From Clostridia bacterium (GTDB lineage Bacteria; Bacillota; Clostridia; Oscillospirales; CAG-382): 64,000 nucleotides of DNA. The position numbers and the translations under genes are program-made. The stretch spans positions 382 to 64,381 of the forward strand of contig JAFXEB010000009.1 in the NCBI GenBank assembly GCA_017521025.1, given 5' to 3'. Positions 51,648-60,717 of the stretch are shown here, one piece after another. Positions within the stretch are counted from its first letter, which is position 1. Each line of letters starts with the position of its first letter. Under the pieces are notes generated by a model, which was not told the origin of the DNA, made no database searches, and was given only the letters and a program-made list of their open reading frames with translations.

Positions 51648-54600
51648 TCAGCCTTTTTTCATAGCGGTCTTCATGGCAATGCCGTCGGCAGAGGAAATGT
51701 CTCCGTCACCGTTCATATCCGCCGCCTTGCTGTATGCACCATCAAGCGTAGCGCCGCCCTTGAGCACCATTCTTGCAATGGCGTAGTCTGTGGTGGAAAT
51801 ACCGCCCGAGCTGTCAAGGTCGCCGATAACTACTACAGTAACGCTGTCGCACACCTCGCCGTTAAACACAAGTCGTACAGTACAGCCTGTGCCGACGGTA
51901 GCCGTAGTTGTCATCAAGACTCCGTCTGCGGAATATACCTCAACGCCATCGTTGTCAAAGTTTGCGATAAGTGTGGATACGGCAGTGCCCAGCTCAACGC
52001 CCAGCAGATAGCTGTCTGCATCTCTGGTGTAGGTAGAGCCCTCTGCTATGATAAGATAATCCACGCCAAACAGAGGCAGGGGGTAGGGATATGCAGAGTT
52101 TACTGTGCTCTTTTGTCTCCACTTGGTGCCGGACGCCGAAAGCTTTGTGGCAAAAGCGGCTGTCTTCATATCAGCGGCTGCCATACTGCCCGTGGTCAGG
52201 AAGTTGGCGGCGAAAGCCGTGTACTCTGTACTTGTAACGTAATAGCATCCCGAAACAACGCCAAGGTTAATACCTGCAATGCCGCCCATATGAACGGTAG
52301 AGCCTACCTCTACACCGCAGTAGCTGTTCTTTACCACGCCTGCGTTATAGCCAACGATACCGCCCGTGTTCATGCCGCCGTTGATGGTGCCTATGGTGTA
52401 GCAGTCCGCCACGGTACCGCCGTTGTAGCCCACTACGCCGCCCACATACATATGATTAAGAGCAAAGGTTCCGTAAAGAGTGTAGTGGTCGGAGATATAG
52501 CCGCCGTTCACTTTCTCGTTGTTTACCTTGTATGTAAGGCTCTCCGAACCGCGGTTGTTGGTGAAGATAAAGTCTATAAGAGAAGAGGAGGCGCCCCAAC
52601 CGTGGAAGGTGGTCTGAGAGGCAGAGGACTGCATGGTTGCCGCATCCGTCCTTAGGTCGGTTAGGTAGCTGTTCATATTCTTGTAAGCCGTCGTGGTAGT
52701 GCCGCAGTTATAGTCACCTGTGCAGTATATGGCGATATTGTCGCCGTAGCCAAGGTCACGGTATTTCTTTTCCAGCTCAATGGCACGCTTGGTAACAAGC
52801 TTGCCGCTGTTGGTCCTTGCAGTGCTGCTCTTGTGGTCAAAATGGGTGTTCATCGCTATGACAAGTATGCCGCTTGCCTTGTGCTTAAGCACCGCATAGC
52901 TGCAGGTCCTGTTAAGGGATGCGTCCCAGCCTATGGACATAACGTCAGGCGTCTCGCTAAGCCAGAAGGTGCCCTGCTCCAGAGAGGTGAATACCGAAGT
53001 GTTCCAGTACAGGGGAGCCGCCTCGCTTTTTCCGGAATCACGCCATACAAACTCCTTGTTATATCCCGAAAGGTGGGAGTTAAGCACTGTCTGCCACGCA
53101 GGCGTTACCTCCTGAAAACCAACAATGTCAGGTGCGTAGGTCGTAAGGTGCTGCTTCACACGGGGAGTACGGTCTGCCAAAGCGTTGGGCGATGCATCGT
53201 TTGGCACACGGATATTGAAGCTCATAACGGATATGGTATAGTTGTCCTTCCAATAACCTCCCGCAAAGGAGTCGGTGCCGCAGTTAATCACAGAGCCGCC
53301 GTGGTTCTTACCTACAATAGCACCCGTGTATGAGCCGCCCTCTATCTTGGAGGCGCCAAGGAACAGGTTCTTGACCGTACCGCCAAGCAGACAGCCGAAC
53401 ATAGCGTTACCTGCGGTGTTGTTTGACATATTGTAGCCGCTTACCGTAAAGCCCTGACCGTCAAAAATGCCGCTGAAGGGTGCGCTTTCCTTGCCGATGG
53501 GCACACAGGTTCGGGAGGACATATCTATGTTTGCGGTAAGCCTTATGTAGGTATCTGCGTAGCTTGTGCCTCCGTTTACCGCCGTTGCAAGGGCGGCAAG
53601 CTGTGCGGCGGTGCCGATTTCCATAGTTTTCATAGCAGTAGTATTCATAACAAACTTAAGTGTAGAATCTGCAGTGGCCGAAAGCGCCTCTGCTGCATAG
53701 GCAGCAGTGGTGCTGTTTTCGGGCAGCACCTTGTCGCCGCTGTTGCAGAAAATGACCGATTTGGTGATAAGGTCACCGTCTCCGTTCACACAATCCGCAT
53801 CCACTTTTATAGCAGAGGAGGAGAGGGAGCGGAAGGTGAGTATAGCGGGATAAAGAGGGGTTGCGGTAAATACGCCGCTGTTGTTTGCGGTACCGCCCTT
53901 GGTGTTAAGAAGCCACGCAACCTCGCCGCAGGCAAATGCTGTGTTGTCCTTCTCCACACCGTAGGTGGATTTACTGCTGTCCTTTAGATAATAAGAGCCA
54001 ACGGGCACCTTACTCAAGGAACCGTTAAAGCGTGTAAGACCCTGAATATTGACGCCGGTCGAGGTGAGCATACCTGCATTATAGCAGTTTACCAACACGG
54101 CGGTCTTCTGACCCCAGCCTGTGATACCGCCAACGCAGTCCGCATCTGCATGAACGGAGCCTATGTTGAAGCAGTTGGTAAAGGTGGTGCCGCTTCTGCC
54201 TACACCTGCAATACCTGCAGTACCGTCCTCCCCTGTGAGAGATTTAACGGTAGCGCCGTTGTAGCACCTTACAAACTTGCAGGCATCCGCATAGCCTGAA
54301 ATACCGCCTGCTCTGTTGGCAGAGGTAACAGTGCCGTTCGTTACGCCAAAATCGTAAAACTCAGCCTTGTAAGAGCATCCGAAAAGTCCTGCGCCGTTGA
54401 GTGCCGTGCTGTTGACCTTAATGTCGTGCACCCTGTGCTCAAGGCCGTAAAGCTTGCCCTGAAAGCTGGTGGAGTAATCAGAATCGGAGATATATACACC
54501 GATAGGCGTATGGGTTATCGAGTTCATATTTATGTCGGCAAGCACATATATGCTATCGCCCGAGAAGGTGTCAGTGCCGGCGTTGACTACCTCTGCCATT

Positions 54601-55847
54601 TTTGTAAATCCTGCTGCAGTGCTGATAACAAAGGAGGTGGCGGTGCTGTTGCTTGCGTAATCAAGCACGTTGGGGACAGAGGTTGTTATCTTAAGCGAAG
54701 CCGCCGCCGCAGGCATGGTGAATACATTGTTCGTCACGTTGCCCGTGGAGGAAAGGGTAGCATTGATACCGCTCAGGGGATATACTGCACCTGCGTTCAT
54801 ATAATTCGTAACCGAAGAGGAAACCCCGTTGGCTACCACGGTTATGGAGAGCTTGTAGGTGCCCATGGCGGTATCGCCCGAAAGCTCGGGGAAAAGCTCG
54901 CCTTGATGCCATACACGGGTACGGTTAGACGTGGAGCCGTTATCCAGATTATATGCAAGAGTGCCGTTGGTAAGCTGTCTGCCTGCTATCTTAACGTCGG
55001 CGGTGGTAAAGCTCAGGTCGGTGTGACTGCCCGTATAATAGCTGTTTACTACCGCTGCCGAATAATTGGACTCAAGTATGGAGGCGGAATATCTGCCAAG
55101 GCCGTAGGTAGCAGTGGCCTTGAGGTCGCCTATGCTGTAGCAGTTTACTATCTGACCTACAGCCCCCTCGTTTTGACCCTGACACCAGTCCGAAATGCCC
55201 GATGCGTGCTCAACGCCCGTGGCAGTACCCGCAAAATAGCAGTTTTTGATAAGGCCGCCGCTTAGCGTGCCGCCCGCAATACCGCCTACGGAAAGGTCGG
55301 TAACGGTGCTGCCCTTGGTGATAACAAGGTCAGCGGTGCTGTAGCAACGCTCAATGGTACCGCCCGAAAGCACACCCGCAATACTGCCAAGCCTGTCGGA
55401 ATCCAGAGAGGAGGCAAGCCTCATGCTGCCGCCTTCAACACCGAGATTTTTTACAATACCTGTGGAGCTTACCTTGGCAAAAACGCCTGCCGAGCCACCT
55501 ACTGCATCTATCTGTATGCCCTTCAGGGCAAAGCCTTTTCCGTCAAAGGTGCCTGCAAAGGAGGCGAAGGGTGTATAGGTACCCAACGACATATCAATAT
55601 CGCCGCCGAGATATACGGTTTTGCCCTTGAACGTTGTGGTCGAGGCAAGAGACGAAAATTTCAACATCCCAAAATACGATGTAATAATAAAGCTGCTTGA
55701 CGAGGTGTTGCTTTCATATTCCATAATATTCGGCACGGTGCTTGCCGCATCAACCGATAACCCTCTTCCGGGGAAGGTGAAGGCAGAGAACACCATAGCA
55801 AAAAGCAGTAATGCCGATATCGCTCTTTTGGTAATTAGCTCTTTCAT
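51648..55847 (-). CDS. Secreted 1399-aa protein with GLUG-motif repeat regions flanking an endonuclease/exonuclease/phosphatase (EEP) domain, and a C-terminal dockerin
   Basis: - Signal peptide MKELITKRAISALLLFAMVFSAFTF.
- Recurrent GG(I/V)(A/T/V)G GLUG-like units.
- EEP segment ISVMSFNIRV...DIVGFQEV...NTHFDH...SDHY.
- Dockerin GDLDSSGGISTTDYAIARMVL and ADMNGDGDISSADGIAMKTAM. Confidence 0.8.
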   Translation of the reverse strand: MKELITKRAISALLLFAMVFSAFTFPGRGLSVDAASTVPNIMEYESNTSSSSFIITSYFGMLKFSSLASTTTFKGKTVYLGGDIDMSLGTYTPFASFAGTFDGKGFALKGIQIDAVGGSAGVFAKVSSTGIVKNLGVEGGSMRLASSLDSDRLGSIAGVLSGGTIERCYSTADLVITKGSTVTDLSVGGIAGGTLSGGLIKNCYFAGTATGVEHASGISDWCQGQNEGAVGQIVNCYSIGDLKATATYGLGRYSASILESNYSAAVVNSYYTGSHTDLSFTTADVKIAGRQLTNGTLAYNLDNGSTSNRTRVWHQGELFPELSGDTAMGTYKLSITVVANGVSSSVTNYMNAGAVYPLSGINATLSSTGNVTNNVFTMPAAAASLKITTSVPNVLDYASNSTATSFVISTAAGFTKMAEVVNAGTDTFSGDSIYVLADINMNSITHTPIGVYISDSDYSTSFQGKLYGLEHRVHDIKVNSTALNGAGLFGCSYKAEFYDFGVTNGTVTSANRAGGISGYADACKFVRCYNGATVKSLTGEDGTAGIAGVGRSGTTFTNCFNIGSVHADADCVGGITGWGQKTAVLVNCYNAGMLTSTGVNIQGLTRFNGSLSKVPVGSYYLKDSSKSTYGVEKDNTAFACGEVAWLLNTKGGTANNSGVFTATPLYPAILTFRSLSSSAIKVDADCVNGDGDLITKSVIFCNSGDKVLPENSTTAAYAAEALSATADSTLKFVMNTTAMKTMEIGTAAQLAALATAVNGGTSYADTYIRLTANIDMSSRTCVPIGKESAPFSGIFDGQGFTVSGYNMSNNTAGNAMFGCLLGGTVKNLFLGASKIEGGSYTGAIVGKNHGGSVINCGTDSFAGGYWKDNYTISVMSFNIRVPNDASPNALADRTPRVKQHLTTYAPDIVGFQEVTPAWQTVLNSHLSGYNKEFVWRDSGKSEAAPLYWNTSVFTSLEQGTFWLSETPDVMSIGWDASLNRTCSYAVLKHKASGILVIAMNTHFDHKSSTARTNSGKLVTKRAIELEKKYRDLGYGDNIAIYCTGDYNCGTTTTAYKNMNSYLTDLRTDAATMQSSASQTTFHGWGASSSLIDFIFTNNRGSESLTYKVNNEKVNGGYISDHYTLYGTFALNHMYVGGVVGYNGGTVADCYTIGTINGGMNTGGIVGYNAGVVKNSYCGVEVGSTVHMGGIAGINLGVVSGCYYVTSTEYTAFAANFLTTGSMAAADMKTAAFATKLSASGTKWRQKSTVNSAYPYPLPLFGVDYLIIAEGSTYTRDADSYLLGVELGTAVSTLIANFDNDGVEVYSADGVLMTTTATVGTGCTVRLVFNGEVCDSVTVVVIGDLDSSGGISTTDYAIARMVLKGGATLDGAYSKAADMNGDGDISSADGIAMKTAMKKG

Positions 55848-55975
55848 AATGAACCTCCAAAAAAGAATATTTATACAAAAATGCTACCACATTTACCGCC
55901 CAAAGTCAACCTTTTTGTGTAGAAAACGCAAAAAAGAACGGTCATAGGCGTTGTACCCGTAAGGACAGAAAAAGG

Positions 55976-56102
55976 CCCCCTTGTGTAAAGGGGGCTGGAT
56001 TTTTGCGAAGCAAAAAGACTGGGGGATTGTTAAGAGCAGACAATTGACAATCCCTCCGTCAAAAATCAAAGATTTTTGCCACCTCCCTTTGCACAAGGGA
56101 GG
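55976..56102. repeat. Palindromic structured repeat element, copy 2
   Basis: The left arm is cccccttgtgtaaaggggg-[ctggatttttgcgaagcaaaaagac]-tgggggattg (55976-56029). The right arm is caatccctcc-[gtcaaaaatcaaagatttttgcc]-acctccctttgcacaagggagg (56048-56102). The conserved blocks are the same as at 34503-34618, while the internal hairpins have different sequences. Confidence 0.85.
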
Positions 56103-56314
56103 CTTTTTATTTTTGGCGTATACCGTAACAAGCAGGGAAAATGTACGGCACATTTTCCGCACTTTAGGTGTACCTAAAACCCTTAAACTCTCTCCCGACT
56201 AATTGCAGCCTGTGGTGCAACGCATCGGGCGATGAGAGCAAATTTTAAAACTGTCCTTAATTGTACGCCCCATAACAACCGTTCTTTTTGTGCTTTTGGC
56301 ATAAATGTGAGCGT

Positions 56315-57574
56315 TTAGACCCCTACCGCAGTCTTTTTTTCGTCAACAGCGTTGGCAAGCATAAGCTTTATCCTGTTTTCCTGATTCACCTTGGATGCGC
56401 TGGCATCGTAGTCAATAGCCACTATGTTAACGTCGGGGTTGCGGTCCTTTATAGGCTTCATCATCCCCTTGCCGCATATATGGTTAGGTAAACATCCAAA
56501 GGGCTGAGTGCACACTATGTTTTTCACGCCGCTGTCAGCAAGCTCCAGCATCTCGGCAGGTAAAAGCCAACCCTCGCCCATCTTACAGCCGTGACTCATA
56601 TAGCTTTCAATAAGCTTTACCGTGTTTGCAAAATAAGCAGGAGAGCGAAAAACGCCGTGCTCATTGATAAGATCAATGACCGCCTTCTGCTTCTTAAGCA
56701 GGTAACTGTATATAAACTTCATTAAGGGATAGGTCTTCCTGCCCCTGCGGTACAGCTTGTAGTCTGTAATGGCGTTATGTATGCAATACATAAAAAAGTC
56801 AAAAAGACCGGGTATGGTGACCTCGGCACCGTTGTCCACAAGCATCTGCTCCAGATTGTTGTTGCCGAGAGGGGAGAACTTAACGTATATCTCTCCCACT
56901 ATACCTACCTGCACCTTCTTTTCCGTGCTGCGAGGGATAGCGGCAAAGGCATCAAGCACCTCACGGCAGTTGGCAAGAAAACGCTTGAACGAAACTCCGT
57001 CCGTCCTCATACGCTCCTCAAGGATCGAGCAGTATTTGTCAGCCATCTGCTGAGACTCGCCCTTGTTAAGCTCGTAGGGCTTGCACTGATTGCGCAGCAG
57101 AAACAGCAGGTCGCCGTACACAACACCGTATATGATGCGCTTAAGTGCGCTCAATGACAGCTTAAATCCTGAATGCTTCTCAAGCCCCGCAAAGCTGAAG
57201 GATATAACGGGTATGTGCTCAAGGCCTGCGCTTTTCAATGCCTTGCGAATAAGGGATATGTAGTTGGAGGCACGGCAGCCGCCCCCCGTCTGAAAATATA
57301 TCAGCGCAACCTTATTAAGGTCATATTTCCCCGAAAGCAATGCGTCCATAAACTGACCTATAACGAGAATTGCAGGGTAGCAGGTATCGTTGTGGGTGTA
57401 TTTAAGTCCCGTCTCTGCTATCTGAGGACCCGAGTTTTCAAGCAGCTCTACCTTCAGCCCTTCGCTGGCGAGCACGTTCTTCACAAGAGTAAGCTGGAGA
57501 GGGAGCATGTTGGGGGCAAGCACGGTGTAGTCCCTTTTCATTTCCTCGGTGAATTCCACATAGCTGCTCATCAT
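56315..57574 (-). CDS. Acyl-CoA dehydratase activase-related / 2-hydroxyacyl-CoA dehydratase D-component-like protein (419 aa)
   Basis: It carries the motifs KYTHNDTCYPAILVIGQ and FQTGGGCRASNY. Its start overlaps the stop of the upstream activase-like gene (ATGA). Confidence 0.7.
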   Translation of the reverse strand: MMSSYVEFTEEMKRDYTVLAPNMLPLQLTLVKNVLASEGLKVELLENSGPQIAETGLKYTHNDTCYPAILVIGQFMDALLSGKYDLNKVALIYFQTGGGCRASNYISLIRKALKSAGLEHIPVISFSFAGLEKHSGFKLSLSALKRIIYGVVYGDLLFLLRNQCKPYELNKGESQQMADKYCSILEERMRTDGVSFKRFLANCREVLDAFAAIPRSTEKKVQVGIVGEIYVKFSPLGNNNLEQMLVDNGAEVTIPGLFDFFMYCIHNAITDYKLYRRGRKTYPLMKFIYSYLLKKQKAVIDLINEHGVFRSPAYFANTVKLIESYMSHGCKMGEGWLLPAEMLELADSGVKNIVCTQPFGCLPNHICGKGMMKPIKDRNPDVNIVAIDYDASASKVNQENRIKLMLANAVDEKKTAVGV

Positions 57575-60513
57575 AAGCCCTTACTCCCTTCTGCCTTTTC
57601 GTCGAGTGCGCCGATAAGGCTCCTTAGCCTTATCTTTACAGCGCCGAGATTGGTTATCTCATCAATCTTAAGCTGTGTATAGTATTTACCCCTGCTCTCG
57701 AGTATGGTGCGCACCTCGTCGGTGGTAATGGCGTCCACGCCGCAACCAAAGGATACAAGCTGTACCAGCTCCACGTCATCGTTTTCCGTAGCATACTTGG
57801 CGGCTCTGTAAAGCCTTGCGTGATAGGTCCACTGGTTAAGCACCCCTATGCTGTCGGGCGGCGTTGTCAGATGGCAAACGCTGTCCTCGCTCACCACCGC
57901 AAAGCCTAAGCTGTTGGCAAGCAGGTCTATACCGTGGCTTATTTCGGGGTCAATATGATAGGGTCTGCCCGCAAGTATCATAATGCGTCTGCCCTCGGCA
58001 CGGGCACGCTTCACCGCCGCCTCGCCCTCTGCCCTTACGGCGTCCATATAGCGGTCATAGGCTTCAAAGCCTGCCTTGACTGCCTTCTTAAGCTCGCCAC
58101 TGCTGAATTTGCCGAATATGGGGCTCAGATATTCCCCAAGCTCACGGGCAAGCTCCTTTTTATCGTTTACGTTCAGGTAGGGGTACAAAAGCCTTGTTCT
58201 GCCCTCCAGATCCATATTGCCTGACAAAAGCTCCGAGTAATAGGCAACAACGGGGCAGTTGTAGTGGTTGTCCGAATACCTCTCGTTAATATTATAGCTA
58301 AGACAGGGGTAGAATATAGCATCCACACCCTTTTCCACAAGCTCCTCTATATGCCCGTGCATTATCTTTGCGGGATAGCAGGCGGTGTCCGAAGGGATAG
58401 AGAACTGACCTTTCTCATAGGTGCTTCTTGTAGAAAGCTCAGATACCACCGTCTTAAAGCCGAGGCTTGTGAATATCCCGTTCCAAAGGGGCAAAAGCTC
58501 AAACATACCCAGGGAAAGGGGCAGACCGATAACTCCTCTGCGACCCTCGCAGGAGGGCAGGGAAGTGAGATAATTGCGCTTAAAGGCGTGCAGGTTGGGC
58601 AAAGGCTTTGCTGCCACGCCGCCGCCTGCGCCCTTTTCACAGCGGTTGCCGCTGATAAAGCGCTTACCGCCGCCAAAGCTGTTCACCGTCAGGTGACAAT
58701 GGTTGGTACAGCCCTTGCACACAGCGCTCCTTGCCTCGTGCATAAAGCTCTTCAACGCCTCAGGGCCGATAATGCCGCTTTTCTCAAACCTCTCAGCGTA
58801 TATCGCCGCACCGAATGCGCCCATAAGCCCTGCAATATCGGGACGTATTACCTCACGCCCCAGCTCTTTTTCAAAGGAGCGCAGTACCGCATCGTTAAGG
58901 AAGGTGCCTCCCTGAACAACTATCTTACTGCCAAGCTCCTCGGGAGACGAGGCCCTGATAACCTTGTACAGTGCGTTCTTGACAACGCTTACCGATAGAC
59001 CTGCGGATATGTCCTCGGTAGCCGCCCCCTCCTTTTGACTCTGCTTTACCGAGCTGTTCATAAACACGGTGCACCTGCTGCCTAAGTTTACGGGGTTGTT
59101 GCCGAATATACCCTTGCTTGCAAACTCCGCTATATCACAGCCCATAGACTTGGCAAAGGTCTCAAGGAAAGAGCCACAGCCCGATGAGCACGCCTCATTA
59201 AGCATAATGCTGTCAATAGCTCCGTTTCTTATACGGAAGCACTTTATGTCCTGACCGCCGATGTCAAGTATAAAATCCACCTGCGGCTCAAAATGCTTTG
59301 CCGCCGTGTAGTGAGCGATAGTCTCCACCACGCCTGCGTCAGCGCCGAAGGCGTGCTTGATAAGCTCCTCTCCGTAGCCTGTTACCGCACAGCCGCATAT
59401 TTCTATCCTGTCGCCGATAAGACCGTATATCTTCTCAAGCTCGCCCTTGACTACCTCTACGGGATTGCCCTTGTTGGAGGAATAGTAGCTGTACAAAATA
59501 TCTCTGCTATCGGATATAAGCACAAGCTTGGTGGTGGTGCTTCCGCAGTCAATACCGAGATACGCTTTGCCGCTGTAGTCCTCTATGGCTTTTCTCGGCA
59601 CAGTGCTCAGTCCGTGTCTTGCCTTAAATGCCCTGTACTCCTCGGGAGAAGCAAACAGCGGCGGCAGTCTGTTGGCAGAGACCGCATTCTCCTTCGCTCC
59701 CTTTATGCTGCTGAGCAGCTCGCCTGCGGTCATCACGGTGCCACTCTTCTCTGCATATATCGCCGCACCCAAGGCAACGGCAAAGCGTGCGTAGTCGGGG
59801 AACACCGCATCCTTCTCGCTAAGCTTCAGCGTCTCGGTAAAACGCTCTCTCAGACCCTTGCAGTAATACAAGGGACCGCCAAGAAACAGCACCTTGCCCT
59901 TGATGCGTCTGCCCTGAGCAAGACCTGCTATGGTCTGGTTTACCACTGCCTGATAAATGCTTGCCGCCACGTCCTCCTTCTTTGCTCCCTGATTGAGCAG
60001 AGGCTGTATGTCCGTCTTTGCGAAAACGCCGCAGCGTGAGGCTATGGGATAAATACGGCTGTGACTCAGGCTGAGCTCGTCCATCTCGTCGGGACTGATA
60101 TCAAGCAGCGTTGCCATCTGGTCGATAAAAGCACCCGTGCCGCCTGCGCAGCTACCGTTCATACGCTCGTCAACGCCGCCATCAAAGAAAATGATCTTCG
60201 CATCCTCGCCTCCAAGCTCAATAACACAAGCGGCGTCAGGTTCCATCCTCTTGACCACCTCGCCCGTTGCAAAAACCTCTTGCGTAAATGCAACGGATAT
60301 GCTCTCGGCAAGACCGAGACCTGCCGAGCCCGAGATCGCAACGGAAAGCAAAGCGTCACCGCTGAGAGCGGCAATCTCCGTGACCAGCTCTGCAGTCTTT
60401 TCCCTTACCTTAGAAAAATGGCGTGCGTACTTTTCATAAACCACCCTGCCGTCCTTTACAAGAACAGCCTTTGCCGTGGTGGAGCCTATATCTATACCTA
60501 ACAAATAGTTCAT
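57571..60513 (-). CDS. Double BcrAD/BadFG-type ATPase (acyl-CoA dehydratase activase-like) fused to a C-terminal DUF2229-like region
   Basis: There are two ASKHA/activase modules (LGIDIGSTTAKAVL and LGIDCGSTTTKLVL), each with Cys-containing cluster-bridging segments. A Cys cluster CKGCTNHCHL follows. I placed the start at the ATG at 60513. The track's TTG 15 codons upstream is not excluded. Confidence 0.75.
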   Translation of the reverse strand: MNYLLGIDIGSTTAKAVLVKDGRVVYEKYARHFSKVREKTAELVTEIAALSGDALLSVAISGSAGLGLAESISVAFTQEVFATGEVVKRMEPDAACVIELGGEDAKIIFFDGGVDERMNGSCAGGTGAFIDQMATLLDISPDEMDELSLSHSRIYPIASRCGVFAKTDIQPLLNQGAKKEDVAASIYQAVVNQTIAGLAQGRRIKGKVLFLGGPLYYCKGLRERFTETLKLSEKDAVFPDYARFAVALGAAIYAEKSGTVMTAGELLSSIKGAKENAVSANRLPPLFASPEEYRAFKARHGLSTVPRKAIEDYSGKAYLGIDCGSTTTKLVLISDSRDILYSYYSSNKGNPVEVVKGELEKIYGLIGDRIEICGCAVTGYGEELIKHAFGADAGVVETIAHYTAAKHFEPQVDFILDIGGQDIKCFRIRNGAIDSIMLNEACSSGCGSFLETFAKSMGCDIAEFASKGIFGNNPVNLGSRCTVFMNSSVKQSQKEGAATEDISAGLSVSVVKNALYKVIRASSPEELGSKIVVQGGTFLNDAVLRSFEKELGREVIRPDIAGLMGAFGAAIYAERFEKSGIIGPEALKSFMHEARSAVCKGCTNHCHLTVNSFGGGKRFISGNRCEKGAGGGVAAKPLPNLHAFKRNYLTSLPSCEGRRGVIGLPLSLGMFELLPLWNGIFTSLGFKTVVSELSTRSTYEKGQFSIPSDTACYPAKIMHGHIEELVEKGVDAIFYPCLSYNINERYSDNHYNCPVVAYYSELLSGNMDLEGRTRLLYPYLNVNDKKELARELGEYLSPIFGKFSSGELKKAVKAGFEAYDRYMDAVRAEGEAAVKRARAEGRRIMILAGRPYHIDPEISHGIDLLANSLGFAVVSEDSVCHLTTPPDSIGVLNQWTYHARLYRAAKYATENDDVELVQLVSFGCGVDAITTDEVRTILESRGKYYTQLKIDEITNLGAVKIRLRSLIGALDEKAEGSKGL

Positions 60514-60717
60514 ATCAGCAGCTTTGCGTTTTATTATGCAAAACGCAAACTCCTCCAAATAATCATCATATTAATAATATCACGAAAATGTAAATATGTC
60601 AATAAAAGTAGATTAAAGCTGTAAAATGTAATATAAGGTAATATTGAGTTAATAATGTGTTAACAAAAATGTGTTAATATGGCAAACTGAAGAATTTGTG
60701 TATCCAAGGAGCATATT

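Noticed and set aside
55893-56202. Two overlapping ORFs (89 aa on the minus strand, 73 aa on the plus strand) across the palindromic repeat
   Set aside because: Both are read-throughs of the palindromic element, which is why each strand gives 'PPLCKGRW/LHKGG'-like peptides. There is no SD, and the other repeat copy shows no conservation as a protein.
60654-60677. Tandem direct repeat aatgtgttaa (60654-60663 and 60668-60677) in the divergent AT-rich promoter region, as a possible regulator-binding site
   Set aside because: A 10-mer repeated once in a very AT-rich region could arise by chance. I have no regulator gene or further copies to connect it with. It is mentioned only in passing under the activase finding.
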